NCBI GenBank assembly: GCA_964476395.1
Contig: CAYYYH010000001.1
Span: forward strand, 5,222 to 69,221
Length of the DNA: 64,000 bases
Source: an uncultured Candidatus Saccharibacteria bacterium
GTDB taxonomy: Bacteria; Patescibacteriota; Saccharimonadia; Saccharimonadales; Saccharimonadaceae
Direction: 5' to 3'
Under the pieces are notes generated by a model. The model ran no database searches. It was not told the origin of the DNA and saw nothing but the letters and a program-made list of their open reading frames with translations. The position numbers and the translations under genes were made by a program. Shown one piece after another: positions 20,137 to 28,295 of the stretch (its first letter is position 1; every line of letters begins with the position of its first letter).

Positions 20137-21612
20137 TTATTCATCCTCAATTGTCATATAACTATTTATTTTGTCTTTTGCTTCCTGCATTGACTCATCA
20201 AACGGCACCATCACATAAAGTGGTTCGTCCGCACCCATGCTATAAGTTGGTTCCATCAATCCATATCCATCAAGCCCAATTGATTCAATTTGCCATTTTG
20301 TTAAATCATCTAACTGCATTTGGATAAATGCCGCAATATCATCACGACTTAGGGTAGTTTCAAATGAATCCGCCGCAATACTTAAAATAGTAGGTAACTT
20401 CAAAAGGTAATCTCGAGAAGTAGATAGTTTGTTGATTATACTAGTAAGAACTTGCTGCTGGTTCTCACCCCGACGTCTATCTCCTCTATTGTAGGATTTT
20501 CTCTCACGTGCAAACCTTAAAGCACAATCACCATCTACAGTCTGTGTACCTACCACATAATAACAAACTTTTGATTCACCCTTATCTTCTCCTCTTGCTA
20601 TTACGCTAAAATGCATTGCTTTGTCTGAATAGATTTCTATCCCATCTAGCTCATCCACAACATCAACCACTGTTTCAAAACTCACCTTAATAGTATGATC
20701 TATCTTAATATCAAGAAAATCTTCGATCGTAGTTTTGCTCATATTGATTCCATACAATCCCGAATGTGACAATTTGTCCTTCAGGCCAGTAGTACCACGT
20801 AGTTGTACATAAGTATCGCGCGGGATCGATAACAATAGTATCTTTCTTTGTTTAGGATTTACCACCGCAATAATATTCACGTCCGTACGCGCTACGGTTT
20901 TTAATCCGCTCCTCGAATCGCTGCCAGAAATATAAACCATGAAAGGTTCTTCGGTTAAATTCTTCTCCGATATGCCTACACCTTCAGCCACTAATTCAAT
21001 TTCAAAAGTACCTATTACTCGCGTATCGTCTAAAACATCTGCCTCTTCCTTGGCCATTTCCAGCCGATCCGTTTCTAATACTATTGCATTTACTACATTG
21101 TTCTTTAGTACATCTGCCATAATATTTACATCATCATAAAACTCAGTTTTTACGCTTACAATCTCTTGCAAATGCTGTTCTGCTTCGGCCACCATATTAT
21201 CGATCTTAAGAAATCCTACATACTTTTGGTTTAACTGTTCAAGCTCGTTTATGTCACTTTCATTCATCACGATGACACTGTATTCTTTCATTTCCGGCTT
21301 TTGCTCAGTAATTCTATTCAAAAAATCATTAAATGCATCAGTAAAACGCAGGGCAAAACATGCTCCAATAATACATACCACCGCCAAAATCGTACAAATG
21401 ATTCTACCAGTAAGTGACGCTTTGTTTTTGATTGCCAGTACTACTAAATTTAATACAAATAGTAAAAGCAAAACTACAGCCACTATTATTATAATCCAAT
21501 TAGCAACAATGCCAGTATTCACTAATGAAAAAACTAATAGCACCGACGTCACTAATTGTACGGCTACCAAAATTGCGCCAATTACCCGCCAAATCAGAGT
21601 CCTTTTTTCCAT
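20137..21612 (-). CDS. LCP-family (CpsA-like) glycopolymer transferase
   Basis: Three N-terminal TMs, GSDSR, RTDVNI, SIPRDTYV, ARER, RGENQQ. Confidence 0.92.
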   Translation of the reverse strand: MEKRTLIWRVIGAILVAVQLVTSVLLVFSLVNTGIVANWIIIIVAVVLLLLFVLNLVVLAIKNKASLTGRIICTILAVVCIIGACFALRFTDAFNDFLNRITEQKPEMKEYSVIVMNESDINELEQLNQKYVGFLKIDNMVAEAEQHLQEIVSVKTEFYDDVNIMADVLKNNVVNAIVLETDRLEMAKEEADVLDDTRVIGTFEIELVAEGVGISEKNLTEEPFMVYISGSDSRSGLKTVARTDVNIIAVVNPKQRKILLLSIPRDTYVQLRGTTGLKDKLSHSGLYGINMSKTTIEDFLDIKIDHTIKVSFETVVDVVDELDGIEIYSDKAMHFSVIARGEDKGESKVCYYVVGTQTVDGDCALRFARERKSYNRGDRRRGENQQQVLTSIINKLSTSRDYLLKLPTILSIAADSFETTLSRDDIAAFIQMQLDDLTKWQIESIGLDGYGLMEPTYSMGADEPLYVMVPFDESMQEAKDKINSYMTIEDE

Positions 21613-21630
21613 CAAACTCCTTCCTTATTA

Positions 21631-22815
21631 TTAATCCCGCGCAAACAAATCACGCGTATAGACGATATCCGCCACATCACGAAGTTGATCTTCTAAGCGA
21701 TTTGCGAGAATAAGATCGCTACGTTCTGCAAAACTGTTAAAATCGTTTTCGACTTCAAATCCAGCAATTTTTTTCTCAGAGAGCGTTGGCTCGTAGATTA
21801 TTACTTCAATTCCCTCACCGCGAATATATTTAATAATATCCTGAATCGCAGCCGAACGGAAATTGTCTGAGCCACTTTTCATAGTTAGCCTGTACACTCC
21901 GACCGTCTTTGGCTTGCGTTTGCAAACATCCTTTGCAATAAATTCTTTACGAGTTTTATTCGCCTGAACAATAGCTCTAATAATATCCTGAGGCACATTA
22001 CGATAATTTGCAAGCAGTTGCTTCGTATCCTTAGGCAAACAGTATCCGCCATAGCCAAAAGATGGATTATTATAGTGTGCCCCAATACGAGGATCAAGAC
22101 AAACTCCTTCAATAATAGCTTTTGCATCAAGATTTTTAACCTGAGCATAAGTGTCTAGTTCATTGAAATAGGAAACGCGCAACGCAAGATAAGTGTTAGC
22201 AAATAGTTTCACGGCCTCAGCCTCGGTCGGTGGCATAAACAAAACTGGTACATCTTTATTCAGTGATGCTTTTTGCAAAAGTTTCGCGAATGTCTTAGCT
22301 TGCTTAGTCTCGTCACCAACAATAATTCTTGCCGGATAAAGATTATCATACAACGCTTTGCCCTCGCGCAAAAATTCCGGCGAAAAGAAAATGTTTTTAA
22401 TGCCATATTTTTCGCGGACTTTTTCGACATATCCAACCGGGATCGTAGATTTAATAACCGTCGTTATGTTGTCGTCCTTCATTCGAATGACTTTTTCGAT
22501 AATATCTTCAACAGCAGAAGTATCAAAAGTATTACTATCGTCATCGTAATTAGTTGGCGTAGCAATAATTACAAACTCAGCTCCTTTCATGGCGTCTTTA
22601 AAATCAATCGTTCCACGAAGATCTAGTTTTCGTTTTCCGCTTTTCGCTTCATCAAAATATTTTTCAATATATTCATCCTTAATTGGTGAAACAAAATCAT
22701 TGATTTTATCAACCTTTTCCTGATGTATCTCAAGCAAAACTACTTCATTTCTTTGGCTTAACAACGTGGCTAAAGACAAGCCAACATAGCCACCACCCGC
22801 TACAGTTATTTTCAT
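21631..22815 (-). CDS. ugd: UDP-glucose 6-dehydrogenase
   Basis: GGGYVG, FSPEFLREG, YNNPSFGYGGYCLPKD, SDNFR. Confidence 0.96.
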   Translation of the reverse strand: MKITVAGGGYVGLSLATLLSQRNEVVLLEIHQEKVDKINDFVSPIKDEYIEKYFDEAKSGKRKLDLRGTIDFKDAMKGAEFVIIATPTNYDDDSNTFDTSAVEDIIEKVIRMKDDNITTVIKSTIPVGYVEKVREKYGIKNIFFSPEFLREGKALYDNLYPARIIVGDETKQAKTFAKLLQKASLNKDVPVLFMPPTEAEAVKLFANTYLALRVSYFNELDTYAQVKNLDAKAIIEGVCLDPRIGAHYNNPSFGYGGYCLPKDTKQLLANYRNVPQDIIRAIVQANKTRKEFIAKDVCKRKPKTVGVYRLTMKSGSDNFRSAAIQDIIKYIRGEGIEVIIYEPTLSEKKIAGFEVENDFNSFAERSDLILANRLEDQLRDVADIVYTRDLFARD

Positions 22816-22845
22816 TTTATCTCCACTATTAATAACTCAAACTTA

Positions 22846-22874
22846 ATTATAAACTATTATCAAATCTCCGTCAA
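22846..22874 (-). promoter_or_regulatory. Promoter upstream of ugd
   Basis: TTGACG(22869-22874)-17-TATAAT(22846-22851). Confidence 0.75.
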
Positions 22875-22879
22875 CGAGT

Positions 22880-23920
22880 TTAAAAGTAAAATTCTTTGTA
22901 CCACTCGGCAAATTTTCGAAGACCATCACGAAGTGAAGTAGTAGGCTTAAAGCCAAAATCTTTTTCTAGCGCGCTGGTATCCGCATAAGTCACCGGCACA
23001 TCACCAGGCTGCATTGGCACGAGTTCCTTATGTGCTTCAAAATCATAATCTTCCGGTAACACTCCAGCCCGAATTAATTCTTCTTGCAAAATCTGCACGA
23101 AATCTAGCAAATTCTCCGGGCTCGAATTGCCTATATTATATACAGCATATGGTGCCAAAGGCAAACCGTCCTCACCGTCCTTTTTTTCCGGCGCCTTCGC
23201 CATCACTCGCATCACGCCCTCCACGATGTCGTCAATGTAAGTAAAATCTCGCTTACAATTTCCGAAATTAAATATCTGAATCTTCTCACCTTTAATTAAC
23301 TTATTGGTGAAGCCAAAATACGCCATGTCCGGACGCCCCGCCGGCCCATAGACCGTGAAGAAACGCAAACCCGTAGACGGTATATTATATAGTTTTGAAT
23401 ATGCATGCGCGAGAAGCTCATTGGATTTCTTGGTCGCCGCATATAGACTCACCGGATTATCCACCTTGTCTTCCGTATCAAACGGCACCTTCTTATTTCC
23501 ACCATATACGGACGATGACGAAGCATACACTAAATGCTCCACCGGATAGTGCCGACACGCTTCCAATATGTTATAAAAGCCAATCAAATTCGCCTCAATA
23601 TACGCATCCGGATGATCAATTGAATACCGCACCCCAGCCTGCGCCGCCAGATTCACCACAATCTCCGGATGATATTTTTCAAACAACTTGTTTACGGCTT
23701 CCTTATCCGCTAAATTTCCTTTAATGAATGCAAAATTCTTGTATTGCTCCAGATCCTTCAACCGATATTCCTTCAATTTCACATCATAGTAATCATTTAC
23801 ACTATCAAATCCAATCACCTTAGCCTTCGGGTTTTCTTCGCACACTCGCTTCACGAGCGCCCATCCGATAAACCCCGCCGCCCCCGTAATCAAAATTGTT
23901 TTACCATTAAAATCACTCAT
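22880..23920 (-). CDS. NAD-dependent epimerase, UDP-glucuronate 4-epimerase-like
   Basis: TGAAGFIG, LAAQAGVRYS, ASSSSVYG, YAATKK, GRPDMAYF, MQPGDV. Confidence 0.92.
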   Translation of the reverse strand: MSDFNGKTILITGAAGFIGWALVKRVCEENPKAKVIGFDSVNDYYDVKLKEYRLKDLEQYKNFAFIKGNLADKEAVNKLFEKYHPEIVVNLAAQAGVRYSIDHPDAYIEANLIGFYNILEACRHYPVEHLVYASSSSVYGGNKKVPFDTEDKVDNPVSLYAATKKSNELLAHAYSKLYNIPSTGLRFFTVYGPAGRPDMAYFGFTNKLIKGEKIQIFNFGNCKRDFTYIDDIVEGVMRVMAKAPEKKDGEDGLPLAPYAVYNIGNSSPENLLDFVQILQEELIRAGVLPEDYDFEAHKELVPMQPGDVPVTYADTSALEKDFGFKPTTSLRDGLRKFAEWYKEFYF

Positions 23921-23929
23921 ATTATTTCC

Positions 23930-24226
23930 TTATGATTCTTCCATACCTTCTTGGGTATACTCTGATACAATCTTTACCACCTGCTGAATAGTCGGGGAAC
24001 AGTTCTTGAAACTAACTTTTTCAAAGAACAAATCCCCAAATTCACGCATCGGTCCGACTATTAATGCATGAATGAACGATTGCGTTGCTCCAATCATGCC
24101 TTCAAAATCAAGAATTACCTCCTCACCATCAACTAACGCCGGCATAATTTGTTTAATCCTAATCCGCCTAGCTGTGTCTTTATTCTCCCCAAATTCCCCC
24201 GCCATTTTCGCCAATTTTATAATCAT
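23930..24226 (-). CDS. STAS-like (DUF4325-like) small protein
   Basis: VILDFEGM...SFIHAL pattern; overlaps stop of upstream HATPase gene. Confidence 0.75.
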   Translation of the reverse strand: MIIKLAKMAGEFGENKDTARRIRIKQIMPALVDGEEVILDFEGMIGATQSFIHALIVGPMREFGDLFFEKVSFKNCSPTIQQVVKIVSEYTQEGMEES

Positions 24227-25188
24227 ACGAACTTCACCTCCTTATATTTAGCTTTTTTGCGCTCGCGTATAGCTTTGCTATATGATACTTTAATTCTTTC
24301 CAAAATTTCGCTAAATGTTTCCGTATCAGTTAAAGTCAAATCAAGACCTATCAAAGTACCTCCAAAATTTGGCAAATCGTCATAAACTGCACATTTATCG
24401 GCAAATGGGTTCTCGTTTAACCGCGGACTATATTTTACTCTTTTATCAAATTTGTGCAATTTATAGGCTGCACTCCCGCTATATACTAGGAAGTAATTCC
24501 GGGTTGTTTTCACAATAGATTTAACGATATATAATCCCGCCCCGGCATTATCACCAGTACCACCCCTATATGCCGTTCCAGAAACGCCCGGCATCAATGC
24601 AAGTCGTATCGCATCAAGATCATCGACCGGATTATGGTATTTCTCAAGACTAGCCCTAAGACCGACTCCGGTATCACATATACCCACACTCAACTTATTT
24701 TTCTCGGCCGTATATTGCACAGCGACGAAGGCGCCATTCTGCGCGTTTGAATGTTCAATCACATTCCGAATCAATTCCCCCAAGACGTATTTAACAGTTT
24801 CAGACTTTTCCGGAGAAAGATGCAAAATCGGATGTAAATCCGCGATAAACCGCGACTGCTCCTGCTCGGTCTTAAGCTGTGTTATAGGGATGAAACGCCC
24901 CGTCTCCTCATGCTGATTATACTCGATCGGGCAATTACTCGATGAATAATCATATAAACCCATCCTGTCTAAATACATCGCCGCCCGAGGCACCCCAATA
25001 TCAATCGTTGTATTTTCCTTCCCGACCTCAGACGCCAAAGCCGCCGCAAAAGCCAAGCAAACGGGATGAACATATATCCAACTTTTCTCCGCGCAAATTT
25101 CAAGTTTACTACTATCAGACAGGTCATTAGTCCTCAAAAAATAGTTAATACTCTTTAGCTGGTCCACATTCGAAAACGATATTTTCAT
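24223..25188 (-). CDS. GHKL/HATPase_c-domain protein (anti-sigma/kinase-like)
   Basis: ELIRNVIEHS (N box), CDTGVG (G1), NAGAGLY (G2). Confidence 0.8.
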   Translation of the reverse strand: MKISFSNVDQLKSINYFLRTNDLSDSSKLEICAEKSWIYVHPVCLAFAAALASEVGKENTTIDIGVPRAAMYLDRMGLYDYSSSNCPIEYNQHEETGRFIPITQLKTEQEQSRFIADLHPILHLSPEKSETVKYVLGELIRNVIEHSNAQNGAFVAVQYTAEKNKLSVGICDTGVGLRASLEKYHNPVDDLDAIRLALMPGVSGTAYRGGTGDNAGAGLYIVKSIVKTTRNYFLVYSGSAAYKLHKFDKRVKYSPRLNENPFADKCAVYDDLPNFGGTLIGLDLTLTDTETFSEILERIKVSYSKAIRERKKAKYKEVKFV

Positions 25189-25194
25189 ATCTTC

Positions 25195-25223
25195 ATTATA
25201 ACGGTTAGACGTATTTTTGTCAA
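25195..25223 (-). promoter_or_regulatory. Consensus promoter of the HATPase-STAS pair
   Basis: TTGACA(25218-25223)-17-TATAAT(25195-25200), ATG 6 nt downstream. Confidence 0.85.
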
Positions 25224-25313
25224 TATACGCTTAACCGTAGATTAACAGGGGTAAAAAAGTTATAATTCTGCGGTTAGACGTATTTTCCCAAAAACACGCT
25301 TAACAGTAGATTA
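25202..25313. repeat. Two 43-bp imperfect direct repeats, each partly palindromic
   Basis: 25202-25244 and 25271-25313, 36/43 identical; CGGTTA-GA-CGTAT...ATACG-CT-TAACCG dyad. Confidence 0.85.
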
Positions 25314-25352
25314 TTGTCTCACTCTCCCCACGACGTTTTCACTAACCACCTC

Positions 25353-25381
25353 TTGACTTTTTCAACCACTCGCGCTATAAT
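25353..25381 (+). promoter_or_regulatory. Promoter with no downstream ORF (drives candidate sRNA)
   Basis: TTGACT-17-TATAAT. Confidence 0.8.
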
Positions 25382-25387
25382 AAAACC

Positions 25388-25439
25388 ATATTCGGGGATA
25401 CCCGTCCACCCTAATCGAAAGATTAGGGGACATTTTTTT
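25388..25439 (+). ncRNA. Candidate ~52-nt small RNA convergent on the PemK-like gene
   Basis: Promoter, hairpin CGGG-GATA-CCCG, terminator GTCC(A)CCCTAATC-GAAA-GATTAGGGGAC plus T7 reaching the PemK stop codon. Confidence 0.6.
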
Positions 25440-25833
25440 AGCAAAACAAATTGTGAAAACCAATCCTTATTGTTTGTAAATCAGAATCTGGCAATGCCCC
25501 CATTTTCTTATAAAGCCTAGAAACACTAAAAACTCGCGCCTGTGCAAGAACGGCATATTCCTGTCGATTTTTAAATACAAATGGAGCATACCAGCTGCCA
25601 TTATGCTCCTGTGAAGTTAGCGGGACGCCCATAAAACCATACTTGCTTAACTTTTTCAAAACAACGACAGGCCGAGCGAATGTTTCACTTTTCCCGTTAA
25701 TCTCTACACCGACGCTCTCTCCAACAGCGCACCAATATACATCTCCATCCTTAATATCACGCAGGACACCTTTTCCATGTAAATCCGACTTCACCACAAT
25801 CCACTCCTCAAAATGTTTTTCTTTTTCTTCCAT
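25438..25833 (-). CDS. PemK/MazF-like endoribonuclease toxin (no adjacent protein antitoxin)
   Basis: GDVYWCAVGESVGVEINGK...RPVVVLKK...GVPLTSQ...LAQARVFSVSRL; SD AAGGAG. Confidence 0.8.
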   Translation of the reverse strand: MEEKEKHFEEWIVVKSDLHGKGVLRDIKDGDVYWCAVGESVGVEINGKSETFARPVVVLKKLSKYGFMGVPLTSQEHNGSWYAPFVFKNRQEYAVLAQARVFSVSRLYKKMGALPDSDLQTIRIGFHNLFC

Positions 25834-25845
25834 AGAACTCCTTAA

Positions 25846-25923
25846 TTTATTTCCAACTACCCTACCACACCCACTCCGCTAAATCAACCCAACCAACACT
25901 CTTATGCCAATCCACCCCTTAAA
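25846..25923. repeat. 78-bp direct repeat, copy 1
   Basis: 72/78 identical to 28106-28183; C/A-rich on plus strand, non-palindromic. Confidence 0.92.
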
Positions 25924-25934
25924 TTTATGTCCGC

Positions 25935-27176
25935 TCAAACACCCAATTCCTCGCACTTTTCGAATTCCAAAGTCTCTTTCATTAAATTGTCACAATTATT
26001 TGAAATCTCTTTTCTAATCTCTTCGCCAAACTCGCTATACGAATTTGTTTCAGAAATCAAGCGATAAAATTTTGCAACATTGGGCTGTACTCTTTTTATG
26101 ACTTCAGGCATTTCACGGTATATTCCATCAGTCTTAAACAATTGCCAAAGCACTTTACTAAGTTCGTCAAGTTCTGCGTCTCCCACAACAGTAGGACTGA
26201 CTACTACGTAATACGCAAGCGTCCCAAACCAACACTCATACTTATCAAAACGTTTCTCCGAATCGTCAGTCACGGCAGCTTTTACATACTCGGAAATAGC
26301 GTTTAGCCACATTTTCTTACGCCACGTAGCGTGTTCGTTGGCATAGCCAAACAATAAAGGCTGTATAATTGAACATCCGACACCGACTTGCTCTATATTA
26401 TAAAAATCAATCATATGATTTGAAAAATTTAGAAACCCCTTCTGGGCATACGCCATGTCCTCACCAGATATTTGGCTAAGAAAAGATAGGTACAAAACGG
26501 CGTACATAGCAAAATCATCTCTTGCTAAAAATTCATAAGTTTTAGAATCATCCCACAGCATAGACCACTTCTTCTGCTGCATACTAACAGACCCACACCG
26601 CAGGTAAGCTAAGCGCAGCTGCTTCCTCGTGCCGATATCTATCAAATCCATAATCTTACTAGAATCATCTTCAGATAACGGTGTACCCGTATTTATCTTT
26701 ACGTTACCCATGTTGTCGAGTACTGGAGTACTAGACGGATTATTGTCATTGAACGACGGCACATCATAAAGCCAATTAAAAGCATTGTTTAGTGCTTCTG
26801 TTGAATGATATCCCAACCTTACAGAAAATACTATCATCCCAGATAATAAAACTAACAAAATAAACCTCCTAATTGGACCCCTTCGTTTTATGCTATTCAT
26901 AATCAAAAAAGCTAAACTTAAAAAAGCAATCATCAAAATCTGTTCCAACAATTCGGGTAAACCGACTACGGCGTCTGAAATAACCAAATAATCTACATCA
27001 ATAATCGCATTATCCTGCAACATAAAGATAGTGACCGGTATAAAAACGGCAATCACCACGCCTACATAAGCAAAGAATCCAGCAGAAATACCACTATGAT
27101 TGAAAAGATCATCTAGGTGTCCCCTCAGAAAATTTTTCACATCAATAAAACGTTCTTTTATATCATTTTTGGTCAT
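25935..27176 (-). CDS. Hypothetical membrane protein (413 aa)
   Basis: Three to four N-terminal hydrophobic segments followed by a soluble helical-looking domain; no family recognised. Confidence 0.7.
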   Translation of the reverse strand: MTKNDIKERFIDVKNFLRGHLDDLFNHSGISAGFFAYVGVVIAVFIPVTIFMLQDNAIIDVDYLVISDAVVGLPELLEQILMIAFLSLAFLIMNSIKRRGPIRRFILLVLLSGMIVFSVRLGYHSTEALNNAFNWLYDVPSFNDNNPSSTPVLDNMGNVKINTGTPLSEDDSSKIMDLIDIGTRKQLRLAYLRCGSVSMQQKKWSMLWDDSKTYEFLARDDFAMYAVLYLSFLSQISGEDMAYAQKGFLNFSNHMIDFYNIEQVGVGCSIIQPLLFGYANEHATWRKKMWLNAISEYVKAAVTDDSEKRFDKYECWFGTLAYYVVVSPTVVGDAELDELSKVLWQLFKTDGIYREMPEVIKRVQPNVAKFYRLISETNSYSEFGEEIRKEISNNCDNLMKETLEFEKCEELGV

Positions 27177-27231
27177 AGTTACAACTATTATACCATATCA
27201 TCATCTGGCAAAAATGCCACCCTAGCACCAA

Positions 27232-27807
27232 TCATTCTTCCTCGCCTATCACCAAATCATTTTCATAAATCAAATTGATAATTATCGCAGAAAAATCAAT
27301 CATTTGTTCAGCATCCTTCTTTGTTAAAAACTTAATCTCGTGGGTAGCATCGTTGCCTTTCTTTCGAATTATGTCTACCCACTTCTTTGAACCCCTCGGA
27401 ATATAATTCTCCTTATCAAGATAGTCGACGTAGTCCATGAAACTCAAACCTTCTTTTGCACCCAAATTTACACAGATGTTCATCAAAAGCTTCCTACAAC
27501 ACATTCCCGCAGCAGTAAAAGCATTCACGCTATAGGCCGCTCTGGCCTCTTCATATATTTTTTTCACTTCTAGCGGAATTGGTAAATCAAAATACTTTCC
27601 ATACTTCGGACCAGGAAATTGTTTAACCCCGGACAGCATATTAAAAAAAGTTGGCGACAAACAATTATGACAGATATAAATCTTAAGCTTTGGGTATTTA
27701 CTATTAAAATAGCCAACCTCTGAACATATTTCCCTACCACAATACGAACAGACATAAGTTTTACTATCTATTTTTTCCGAACCATACCAACCAGTAGAAT
27801 TACTCAT
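27232..27807 (-). CDS. DUF4145 (HEPN-like) protein with N-terminal Zn finger
   Basis: Start likely ATG 27807 after TGG-TATAAT; CSYC/CHNC, YEEARAAYSVNAFTAAGMCCRKLL, RKKGNDATH. Confidence 0.8.
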   Translation of the reverse strand: MSNSTGWYGSEKIDSKTYVCSYCGREICSEVGYFNSKYPKLKIYICHNCLSPTFFNMLSGVKQFPGPKYGKYFDLPIPLEVKKIYEEARAAYSVNAFTAAGMCCRKLLMNICVNLGAKEGLSFMDYVDYLDKENYIPRGSKKWVDIIRKKGNDATHEIKFLTKKDAEQMIDFSAIIINLIYENDLVIGEEE

Positions 27808-27824
27808 ATCACATATTATACCAC

Positions 27825-27880
27825 AAAAAAGAGGGCGATGTCCCGCATATATCCAATGCAGGTCCTGCCCCCCATCGCCC
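27825..27880 (-). ncRNA. Candidate ~55-nt structured small RNA downstream of CdiA-CT-like gene
   Basis: Promoter TTGACT(27906-27911)-16-TATAAT(27884-27889); outer stem GGGCGATG/CATCGCCC, inner hairpin CCTGCAT/ATGCGGG, then T6. Confidence 0.6.
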
Positions 27881-27894
27881 CTCATTATAGCGCA

Positions 27895-28110
27895 TCATTT
27901 CATAAAGTCAAGTATTTTTCCTCTCTTAGAAACAACCATCAAACGCTGTAAACTTTTTGATCGTTCGAATTCCCGCCGTAATTCATTTGTGCACTTTGAT
28001 TGATGACGCTTTGTCCTGCGTAAATCCACAATAACATAACGAGACTGTTTCACCGCTTTCTGAATCGTATTCGCCATGAGATATTTACTTTCTCCAATCG
28101 GTGATTTTAT
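27895..28110 (-). pseudogene. 5'-truncated CdiA C-terminal-like (tRNase-type) nuclease
   Basis: EIKSP...NTIQKAVKQSRYVIVDLRRT...LMVVSKRGKILDF matches C-terminal half of solo CdiA_C-like nucleases as I recall them; sequence upstream of EIK is the 78-bp repeat. Confidence 0.6.
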
Positions 28111-28183
28111 TTCCAACCACCCTACCACACCCACTCCGCTAAATCAACCCTGCCATCACTATTATGCCAATCCACCCCTAAAA
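28106..28183. repeat. 78-bp direct repeat, copy 2
   Basis: 72/78 identical to 25846-25923. Confidence 0.92.
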
Positions 28184-28198
28184 TCGAAACCCGAACCC

Positions 28199-28227
28199 TT
28201 GACTTTTTCAACCTCCCAACCTATAAT
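28199..28227 (+). promoter_or_regulatory. Promoter of abiF-like module
   Basis: TTGACT-17-TATAAT; shares CTTGACTTTTTCAACC-N7-CTATAATAAAA with 25352-25385. Confidence 0.85.
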
Positions 28228-28233
28228 AAAATC

Positions 28234-28287
28234 AACATCTCCTCCAGGCTTGGTTACGGCCAGCACACTTGGAGGAGTTCTGTTTGT
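28234..28287 (+). ncRNA. abiF-type structured leader RNA (candidate RNA antitoxin)
   Basis: Stem CTCCTCCAGG(28239-28248)/CTTGGAGGAG(28268-28277) enclosing TGGTT-AC-GGCCA hairpin, between promoter and Abi gene. Confidence 0.65.
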
Positions 28288-28295
28288 GAGGTAAA

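Noticed and set aside
25202-25313. CRISPR array
   Set aside because: Only two imperfect 43-bp units, no cas genes, and copy 1 coincides with a promoter; kept as an operator-like repeat
27808-27885. N-terminal extension MRGDGGQDLHW of the DUF4145 ORF
   Set aside because: It overlaps the RNA hairpin and the gene's own -10 box; ATG 27807 fits better
28111-28134. Start MGVVGWL of the CdiA-like ORF
   Set aside because: Derived from the 78-bp repeat, has no SD, and is not native toxin sequence
25846-28183. Integron attC sites
   Set aside because: The repeat is not palindromic, has no GTTRRRY/RYYYAAC pair, and no intI is present
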